NCBI GenBank assembly: GCA_008632985.1
Contig: QPGO01000057.1
Span: forward strand, 372,001 to 403,213
Direction: 5' to 3'
DNA: 31,213 bases
Origin: Psammoneis japonica
Taxonomy: Eukaryota
How positions within the stretch are numbered: the first letter of the stretch is position 1; every line of letters begins with the position of its first letter. The notes under the pieces were generated by a model. It did no database searches. It worked only from the letters and a program-made list of their open reading frames with translations, and was not told the DNA's origin. Below, in pieces: positions 21,659-31,213 of the stretch. A program made the position numbers and the translations under genes.

Positions 21659-23027
21659 ATGATTTCTAGTCTTTTCGCTTGGTGGCCAGCGGTATTCTTA
21701 TTGCTCTGTTCGAATCCAATCCCTGCAATCGCATCGTCGTGTTTTATTGCAAATCGATTGCCGGGAAATCTGTACAAGAGACCACCACTGCTGCAACTAT
21801 CGCGAGGACGTACAACAACGCGACTCCAAGTAGCATCCTCCAGAAATGTCTTTGTGATTTCCTTTGACGGCAGCGTCGCTGATACATCCACGTGGAGAAC
21901 ACAACAGGGCGTAGTAGCCGCGTTGGATACGTGGCCAACGTTGCGAGAAATGACTAGTGACAATGACGACGACCAGCAATGGCTTTACAACAAACTCGGA
22001 GCCTTGTCTCACGTGCTTACAAGTCGACCGGGATCTAGCTTGGGATGCGAGTACGCCTTGTTGGCTCGACTGTTTCTCGAAGAGCAACAACTAGACGAGG
22101 GAGGATCCGTGGGACGAACGGGAAAGTATGCTTCCAAGTTCCATCCTTCTACTTCGACACAGCAGCAGACACAACGACGCACCAACAGGCAAGGAAGTAG
22201 ACCTCTTACCGTGGGAGAAGTCGCGGCCAATTGGCATGACGGGGGATTTCTCCATGAGTCGTTACTCGCAAAGTACAATGTCGAAGGAAGCAACCCTCTG
22301 CAGCATCTTCAAGTTGCTATTGAACGACAAGAATCTAACAAGGTGAGTATGGTGTGGAGCTTAGGAGTTAGGGTGTTACTGTGAAGCTAGTTTTCGTCTC
22401 ATGAAATATGATTGGTTTGTACAATTGTTCTTGCCACCTGAATTCATGCAAAAGGATTTCAAGCTGCAGACGGTTGAGCCACTCGTTGCGGATTCATTAC
22501 GGGGTTGCACGGGTGACATTTTTGTTACAGTAGGGCATGCATCGGATGTAGCCATGGCGACCAAATGCCTTGAAAACGTAGGTATTCAAGCGAGAGTAGT
22601 GGATTCATCTTTGGATCAAGCATTCGACACGACAAGGCTGGACACACCAGGATCCGTTACGGTTGTTCCGCATTGTACCGACCGCACCAGTGAGCTACAA
22701 ACAATCAAGCGATTTGCAGAGCGACTGAACCATGCCAGTAGCGAAAACGAAGAAACAAACCTATTTGTTGTCAACTCGTCTTGGCAGTCTCTTCGAAAAT
22801 TGAAGCTACTGTTTGGAGACAATATGCCCCGCAAACGGCGCGACGAAATCCCGACGAGCTTTGCAAAAATACAAGAGCTTGATCAAGTCAACCTCTCCCT
22901 CAACTTGCCGTACTGGGCCTACAATACAAATCAAATTGCACACAATCAAGCAGAAATGGATCCATGGACCAACGTTTTGCAAATGGGTGCTTTTGTCGAC
23001 TTGCTTTTGCAAAAGATTGCGTCTTAG
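21659..23027 (+). CDS. Probable plastid-targeted HAD-like protein; one intron from 22343 (acceptor at 22454 or 22469)
   Basis: Signal peptide (MISSLFAWWPAVFLLLC...ASSCF), an Arg/Ser/Thr-rich transit-like stretch and a HAD motif-I-like FVISFDGSVADT. The AAG/GTGAGT donor is in phase with the 22401-23027 ORF. Confidence 0.75.
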
Positions 23028-23923
23028 CAAGTGGTTGTTGCGGCACAAGGTTTGGTGCTTGGCAGACCGCTTAGCGTGAGTGTTGTGTATCACGCACTCT
23101 GAAGAGTATTGAAGCGGGGCCGTTGTGCACTGCAAGGATTACCACACTATAGCTGGAGTTGAATGCCATTACTGGTTGGCTAGAAAAGAATGCGCGGGGC
23201 AAACTAGGCTACTGTGAAAACCAGAGCTGACGTGACTGTCGCATGTGGACGTATCAAAAATCGAACGGAAAGAAATGAGCAGAGCAAACATATGCAACGA
23301 CATCGCAAGCGCTACGACCTCCCTCGTAGCATTGACGTACGTACGGAATGAATAACACACCAATAAAGACTGCTATGCTGTACTTTTAGAGTCTTTCTAA
23401 TCTTTTGGAATAGTTTCAAAGCATTCTTTGAAACACGCCAATATCAAAAGTTGATAGAAATCGGTCGCGTAGGATAGCATTGCCTCAAGAGCGCCATCAG
23501 AAGATGGAGCTCAAGCTTTTTCCTAGTTTCGGAGTGGAAATCCATCCAAAAAAAAAGAAAAAGGGGGGACGTACTACGGAGACGACAAGTAAACTTGCGA
23601 GTCAACCGCGTGCTAAATCAACACTCCCTACGAGTGAAGACTTACCGTACCACGTCACTGGTACGACGGAACCCCAAACCCCGCGTTCCGTCAACGGTAT
23701 GATCTGCTTGGCGAGCTTTTGCTGCCTCGCAGACGAACGCTGCTGTCTGTTTCAACAGCCGTGACCTGACAGGTCAAGCGAACAGGCAACTTCCTACGGT
23801 CAAAGACACAGGAGTAACATGGACTCCAGGCCGGAGACACGCATTCGATTTGCCCCGACCTCCGGACTTAACTGGCAACACCTACGCCGCCGATTGAGAC
23901 AACACGCCATCAAGCAAAATGAT

Positions 23924-24200
23924 TTGCGGAATACCAAACAAGAGCGAGCAATCTATTCCAGAGGAAGGGGGAGCCATCCTCGGCGATCGCGGCATTCGTT
24001 GCTTGGCAAACAACAAACACATCGTGCGAGACGACGAGTTGAAAAAAGAGAGACAACACTTCGTGCAAGCACAATGAGTTGTGGAACACCAAACAAGAGC
24101 TAGCTCTCTATTATCCGCAAGAAGGGCGAGCCATCCTGGGCGATCGCGGCAATCGTTGCTTGGCGAACAACAACACATCGTGCGAGACGACGAGTTGTGA
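23924..24200 (+). repeat. Tandem duplication, period ~155 bp
   Basis: TTGCGGAATACCAAACAAGAGC...GAGCCATCCT.GGCGATCGCGGCA.TCGTTGCTTGGC...CACATCGTGCGAGACGACGAGTTG at 23924 and 24079. Confidence 0.85.
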
Positions 24201-27079
24201 GCGAAAAACGAGCGCGAAAGAAAAAGCTGTGGAGAGATTTTGGTTTGTGTCGTGACCGTTGCAAATTTTCTCAATCACTATCATTTTTGTGTATCCAAGT
24301 AGAACAAGTACGATGATGTCGTATGTAGAACATTCGTTAGAATTTGGTACTTTCCAAACTATTACTAATTCTTACGTACGCTCTACGGTAACGGTCCAAA
24401 ACCTGCCGACGACGAGCTCCGCGGAATTTCGAAATTCTCCAGTGTCTTGCTGCCTGGCAAGGGTTGCTGGTGCAAGTGCTGTGCTGTGCCAAGTCTTGAA
24501 CAAACTGTTGGCACGCAAAGAGAGCCAGCTGCGCCAGCAGCAGAAGGAGTGCACAATTTTGCCAATGTGCTAGCTGAAAGCAGGACCATGGAAAACAATG
24601 TAAAACTTTCAGGAACTCAGTCATCCAATCCTTTTGTGTGAGACATGCTTTTCATTGTTGCTCCAGAGAGGCATGATTTGAGGGCCTGCTCCTGCCATGT
24701 TCATGGGAAGCCTGTGAAATTCTTGCTCCCAATGAATGCTCCCCATTCTCTTTTGTCCATGTTTCAACAACAGGCCTGACTTCTGAGAAGCAACACTTCC
24801 TGCGTGACTGCAATGCAAACCCAGAGTGGCGTGTGGTCCATCACTTCTCTTTCATCAATGTTGCCTCTCTGTTTTGGCAACTTGATGTCTGAAATGGCTG
24901 CAGCTTGCAGCAACCCTGAATTCTCAAGCTTGTGAAGCCACCAGAGCACTCAGCACCTGCTTGATCCCTGTGGCCACTCCTGGCACCACAACACATCATC
25001 GCTGGCCTGCTGCATTTTGACTTGGAAGCAACAGCACACTTCATCTTGCTGCTGTCCACACTCAAGCAGTCAAAGTCCCCACCACACCATGCACCACTCC
25101 AAGTGCAAATGCACTGAGAATCGACCACACATCAGAGGCCGCAACACAGTGGTGTTCACTTCCTTTGTCTTGTTTGCATCATTCAATGGTGTGTTGGCAT
25201 CTCTTTTGTTTTTGCACTTTGCATGCAAAGGTTGCAGTCATGTTTCAATTTGTTGTTGCCTTTTTGTGTGTGTTGTTGTCACCTTTTGTTTTGATTTAAT
25301 TTTGTCAATGCATCCCAATGTGTCTTGCATTTGAATTTGGCACATTTTCTTTTGATGACTTTGGTGCATGTGTTTTGAAACGTCATCTTTGACAGTTGTT
25401 TTCAACAGCTCCACCCCGTTCATGCACCACCACAGTGGCTGGCATTTCTTCTATGCCCAAGTTGTCCCAATGAGTGCTTGGCTCATCATTTTCACCTGCA
25501 CTCACCAGAATTTCAGTCCATGGCTCTCTGCCCGGTTTTTGGTGCATTTTCTACATGCGCAACATTCCACCCATTTTTCACGACAGCACATCCTCTCCAC
25601 AAAATGCATTTGACAAGAGCGTGCACTGTTGTGATTCTCATGTGCATTCTACGTGAATCAGCAACTGACTGTTGGCCATGGCTGTCAATGATGCTTGGCC
25701 ATTTTTTGCAGCTTTTGCAATTGTTGCAAGCACATTGCCACTCCAGTTGTCTGTGGCCACTTTGGCAAGGTGGCTTTCTTGCTTGGCAAGGAAGGCACTG
25801 GCTCTCAAGGTGATCCACTTGTGGTGGCTATGCACTGCACACAAACTGGGGCTGATTCTTCCTCCAGCTCAAGCCATGTGAGCACTCCTCATTTCCCTGA
25901 AGCACCCACACATCTCCTTGGTGTGCTGATGACTCAGAAGCAGCAGCAGGAAAATTTTCAAGCAATTCAGAAATTTTTTCTCACCCTGTGCAACATCAGA
26001 CCCAACCACAGCAGTTGCCATTCTGTTGACAACTCCAAGAACACTCCAGAGAGTTGTTCTTCCAGAGTGCATTCTGGGGCAGAAAAACAGACACATGGTG
26101 GCTTGCACCATGCTTGAAGAACAAGCACAAATGAAAGTGGAACAAGTGGAACAAATCACAGAAAGCACAAACCATGAGATCAAATTTTACACTGCAATTT
26201 TGGGATTTTCCAAAGGAGTTCTCAATGGCCTGAAGTGTTTGTGCTGCTCCTGCAGAGCAAAGGCCTTTCAGAGACCAATTCCCACGTGCACTTCACTGCA
26301 ACAGTGCAAAAGCGCCAGGCATCACTGACCACAAGGCATGACAATGACAAAGCCCCAGATTGTGATCATCACAGCAGTCAATGGGATGCACCGGCCTGTT
26401 GGGGTTGTTGCTTGTCAAAGAAAAATCAACAACAAGGGGGCACCTGTCATTTCTCTTTGAGCTGGGTGCCTTGATGGCTGCACCAGGTGCAGACGTGCCA
26501 ACAATGTTGGCAATGCTTGTTGGGGATTGAGCAATGCTGAAAGGAACTTTTCTGTTTCTGTCCAACCAGCCACCCACAATCATGCCAACAATGCTGACAA
26601 CTCATCTCCAACATGGCCACCCAGTCACTCCATGTCCTTCTTGCAGCACAAGTGGCCCAACAATGTGCTGTCGGCAAGTGCTCCTGAAGAGACTTTGTTG
26701 TCTCTTTTGGAGCAAGATTTGTGGAATGAAATGACAGCAAAGACTTGACAATTGAAGCGGACGGCCGCCACCCAAGCACATGTTTGATTGGCTGAAGGGC
26801 ACATGCAATGTCTGAAGGCACCTCTCAAGAAGGCACAATGATGTTGGGATGGTGGACCCAGACAAACCCTTTCAGTTTTCAGAAAAAGGCCAAACCACAG
26901 CATGCAGCACACACAATGCATGGAATTCTGCATCAACACTTTGCCATGTTGCAAATCAAAATCATGTGTTGAAAGCACAGTGAAAAATGTGAGGGGCAGA
27001 GAATGTCCACATGAGCTCTAGATTGTCAACATTGTGCCAAGAAAGAAATGACTGATGAGGACAATGAGCTCACATCAAA

Positions 27080-28130
27080 GGCCACCCACAAACTTCTCAA
27101 GTTTGTTGGAGCACAGCACAGAAAAGCTGTCAACAAAGACGGCCCTGCAAAGGACAGCCCCAAGGACAAAACAGCAGGCAAAACAGGATCTAACATCACG
27201 GATGGGAAAAGTGACTGAATCAGAAAAAGCTCCAGGAGCTGGGCATGCCAAAGAGTCCTCACAAATGGGCATGTGCTGTCATTGTGGAGATGACCAAACC
27301 TGGCACACAAAACCAGCTCCTGGCTCAAGGCAGGAGGCTGCATTTCAAACAACAAACACATGCTCAGCTTGAACTCTGCTCACATTCTTGCTTCAACTTG
27401 ACAAGAGAAAGGCCCTCAACTCATGCACAGGGCAATGCCTCTGAAAGTTTGCAATGTGGCGGGGATGATCAAGAGCACCAAGAAAGGCAGAGTGTGTGCC
27501 ACAGCACCCTCAGTGCCGTGATGTGCCACATGCACCTGACAGGCAATCAAAATGCAAAATGCACCGCAAAAGTGCTGTTGTGAAAATCATGAGCCACATC
27601 TGGTGGGGCAATGATCTGGGAATGTGTGTGCACACATGCTTGACATTCTTGTCCGTCATGCCAATTTTTTTTGTTTTCATTTTAAAAAATTCTGTCATGC
27701 AGTGTGAGATTTTTTCATGCTTTCCAACAACTTAAGGGCTGGCTGGAGATGATGTAAAGGAAATCAACAAGTGCACACCTCCAGGTCATCATCATCACAA
27801 AGAAAGAAACAACCAACAAAGATGATGAGGAGCCTGGCATCAATGGCTGCCCAGACTTCTCAAGTTTGTTGGAGATCTGCACAGAAGCCACCACCACTGA
27901 TGGCCCTGCAAAGGAGGGCCTCTGCCAGATGAAGTGGTGGGTGAAATGGGGTCTGATGTCAAGGATGGGAAAGTGGCTGAATCAGAAAAAAAAGCTCCAG
28001 CAGCCAGATGCCAAAGAGCCTTTGGAAGGGCATGCTCTGATTGTGGAGCTGGCTGAACCCAGTGCACAACTCAATTCCCAGCTCAACACAGGAGGCTGCA
28101 TTTCAAACAATGAACACTTGCTTGGCTTAA
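27080..28130 (+). repeat. Two diverged ~280-bp copies (~27085-27360 and ~27850-28120)
   Basis: Shared anchors in the same order: ACTTCTCAAGTTTGTTGGAG, GGCCCTGCAAAGGA, GGATGGGAAA, CTGAATCAGAAAAA, ATGCCAAAGAG, ATTGTGGAG and CAGGAGGCTGCATTTCAAACAA. Confidence 0.85.
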
Positions 28131-29899
28131 ATTCTGAGAGAAAGACCTTTGTCTTGTGCATGGCACAACATCTCCAAAAGTCCACCATGGCAGTGATTGA
28201 GGTCGCCAGGAGAAAAGGCAGGGCATGCCGTGACACCCTCAATTTGACCCAGGTCTTTGCACTTTGCACACCTCCTCAAAGTTGGCCTTGAGTGTTCCCA
28301 ACTTTCCAAGAAAGCCCCTTCTGCAAGTGAGCAACTGGGGTTCCATTGGCCCATTGGTGGAGCACCTCAAGCAAATGACGAACATGCAAGGCTCTGTCAT
28401 TGCCCCCAGCAGCTGAGATTGCTTGAGGGTGTTGTCACCTGCAGAGACTGACTGAGTGTCTTGTTGCCATCTGTCTGACCAGCAATGTCACCCAGCTCAA
28501 AAAAGTGTTCCAGCATTGTGGGCAATGATGCATCCCTGATGAAAAGAAGCAACACGACAGCCAAGAAAAATTGTGAGAGCAATGCCGCCGCCAGCATCAT
28601 CAGCCCTTTCTGTGCCAAAGTGTCTTTGAGTGAGGCCTGCTCCAGTGCTCCAGGTGATGTGCACAGGCTTGTTTCCTGCTGCTAGCCCATTTTTGCATTT
28701 GGTGCAACAAACTCCTTCAAAGTTGATTTTTTTCCAAATCGAAGGGTGGGTGTGCACAAAACATTTGTTTTTTGTGTGTTCTCACCTTTCGATCTTTGAA
28801 ATGATCAAATTTGAAGAAGTTCAATGTGCTGGGCTGCACAGAGAATTGAGCTCTTGCATGATGGATTGCCAATCACCTGGGGCCAGAACATGCTGTGTGC
28901 AAGGACAGAGGCTGGGCATTCTTTGTTCTCTTGTGTGTTGCGCAAATGAAGATTGTGTGCGCGGGGCTGAGGGATTTCAGCGCTTGTTGGTGATCTTGTT
29001 TGGAGCAGGGAAGCTGCAGTGTGAGCATTGCCCCCGCCTCTCTTGAAAGGGTTCCTCCACACCATCATCGATGTGCTTCCAAGCTCTCAATTCAAAGTGG
29101 TCAACGGATGTGGCATGGCCGCACCAGCTCATCATTGTGCCAGCCATTTGTGTGGTGCTCAACGTTTCCCCCTCCTCCTCGCTTTTGCATCGAGAGAACA
29201 TTTTTCGAGTGCACCAACACTCCCTGCCCAATCGACTGGATTGACAGATTGGCGATTGCGTGGGGGCGCATGCAGTCACCGCTTCCCCCGTCCTCGCTTT
29301 CGCATCGACAACAACAGTCGTCGAGCGCACCAACACACCCCGCCCAATGCAATTTCATTCAGCACATTCAACATGCGCAGCAGATGTTGATTGACCAGCG
29401 ATTGCGTGCGGGCGCATGACACACACGTCACACTGTGGAGGTAGACGGAAAGAACACAACCCTGGGGTGCAACTGCGTAGGGTCTAGCACTTCTTCTACA
29501 GGGTCACCAGGAAAGCACAGACACCGACTTCCGCTACATCAACCTGCAGCACCCTCCAAGATGCGCAGCTGCGAAGACAACCAAAAAAGAAAACGATCGC
29601 GACAATGGCCTCCCTTGCGTCGCTGACATCTGTGTCTATTTTTTGCCGCATTTTCCCGTTTCTTTTCGCAGCATTCGGAGCTTTTATGCAAGTGATGTGA
29701 TGGGCCAGTGGTGCTGGCGTTGAGTTCAATCCGTCGAGGCGGATTTGTCGCTGAAGGTGCAGTGCAGAAATTGTGAGAATGCAGCATCAACATGACGGAT
29801 TTTTGTGATGTGCTGTTGCATCTTTGGTGTTGTTTCTCACTTCTTGTCATTGTTTTGATGCATGTGCCACAAGGTGTCCACAGGGCTTGGGTTTTCATG

Positions 29900-30460
29900 G
29901 TGCTGACTTTCTCTTCGGAACTCATCGTTGAACAATCAAAATTGAGCTGCCACTGGAATTTATGGCAAAGAGTTGGCGGCGGTGACATCTCAACATCCCT
30001 TGGGCCGATTTTCGCGATTCTTGTTTCATTGCCAATGGAAATTGTACAAGGAATCCAAGAGGCTTGGTTTTGTTGTGCAAAATTCCATTCTGTGCAGATG
30101 GATTTGTTGGGTGCCGTGCGCACAGAAATGATGCTTCAATTGGAAGGGGCGCTCCAGCGATGTTGTGGATTGAACAAGGAAGAATGAAGCCCCAGACACG
30201 CACTGCATGTGACAAGAACATTGAATGTGAATGTTGAACATGGCACGGGGTTTTTTACGTCAGTTGATCGTGTCGGGTTGCCTTGATTTGACAGAACATT
30301 CCACGGCACCAACCGGTTTGACACGCAGCTGGAAATCGGCTTCCTCCAGTGTTCCAACCAATTTGACCTTGCTTGCATGGGCAAGCTGTTGTCGCCTGGT
30401 TCGGGCATTCCATGCGCCTTTAGACCCATCCACCACGACATCGTTGGGGGTTGTTTGAAT
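29900..30460 (-). mobile_element. Degenerate stramenopile CryptonS-like tyrosine-recombinase transposon ORF (N-terminal region)
   Basis: WMGLKAHGMPEPGDNSLPMQARSNWLEHWRKPISSCVSNRLVPWNVLSNQGNPTRSTDVK (30256-30435) matches the recalled pattern W..LKAYG.P.P...P...RS.SL.Y.KKAIS.YMPNR...W......GNPTRS..VN; frameshifted downstream. Confidence 0.55.
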
Positions 30461-31213
30461 GGCCTCTGGTTGGTGAAGTCTTGTTCACATTGACAAGTCA
30501 CCCCGCCCAAGAAATGACGTGAGTGCTGTCAAGGTTGGCTTGTAATACTTTTTAGACGGCATGGTCTCGGTTGTATTGTTGCATAAATCTATCAAAAACG
30601 CGACGTACCATGCAACAACCCGGTTGTTTCGATGCGGGAAAAATTCCCGTGCTTCCTCCACAAGAACACGGAAGATACGGTCGCTGAAGTGGGGTAACGG
30701 TCAGTACAATGTGTAGAATTCAACGGAGAAATACTACGGAATACAACATGGGTTGTATTCCCGGGGATAATGTACCGGTATCTCGTACGTATTTATGAAA
30801 ATGACTCTCACGGTCGAAATAATAATGCCCATGACCCTCCAAAATTCCGCGATCTTTTGTGGATCTTTTCGAGTGAAGTCTTATCGAGTTCTCAGTTGAA
30901 GTTCTCGGTGCATGCAGTGTTCGTCACTCGCAATCTATGGAAAGATTCTTTCGCAGAAGTTGTTGCAGAATTGTTGTTGCTTTCAATCTCATAAAAAGCG
31001 AAAGCAACATGAGCGTGAAAGTGCATGATAAGATCTATCGTCTCCGCCAAGATGTAGAGAACCTCCAAGTCGAAGGACTGGCGGGGAAACTGGTTCTTGG
31101 ATGGTGGCTCTATCCAACCAAAGACTTGTTTGCGAAACCACGTAGGTCGTCCTCTGCCGCCATTCTCTCTTTTTCTCCCCTCCCGTTTCACAATTTGCTG
31201 CTACTTTTCTTTG

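Larger units (their letters stand above)
24440..30530. mobile_element. TpA-depleted (largely CpG-depleted) hypermutated block 3
   Basis: Same signature as block 2, with CpG partly retained after ~29040; contains duplications and a Crypton-like relic. Confidence 0.65.

Noticed and set aside
24447..29900. Many ORFs in block 3
   Set aside because: Same artefact. A faint resemblance of ~28500-29400 (minus strand) to YR C-terminal regions was too weak to call.
30892..31191. 99-aa minus-strand ORF at the window end
   Set aside because: No recognisable motif and a non-ATG start; cannot be supported from this window.

Overview
Eukaryotic nuclear DNA, most likely from a pennate diatom, judged from short GT-AG introns, a bipartite plastid-targeting-like presequence and diatom-type gene families. 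There are four apparently real genes: CDC20 (140-1927, -), a Cyp33/PPIE-like RRM protein (18331-18932, +), a PKDCC-like membrane-anchored kinase (19499-21160, -, one frameshift) and a probable plastid HAD-like protein (21659-23027, +). Between about 2.1 and 11 kb lies a mosaic of decayed host-gene fragments (Ctr copper transporter, LRR-type, HExxH metallopeptidase, TYW2). Three blocks (~6.76-7.5, ~11.34-18.15 and ~24.44-30.53 kb) have lost nearly all TpA and most CpG in favour of TpG/CpA, and two contain tyrosine-recombinase (Crypton-like) relics. Two signals stand out. (1) A ~970-nt strand-specific fold-back element at 5591-6558 whose stems contain eight tandem GA/GA mismatches in one context (CGAN/N'GAG) and two cGNNAg loops, which points to selection on a folded single strand, possibly ssDNA, next to a Crypton-like relic. 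(2) A targeted TpA->TpG/CpA mutational process that spares YTAR sites and can act where CpG is retained. Family assignments come from recalled motifs, not database searches, and dinucleotide counts were made by eye.
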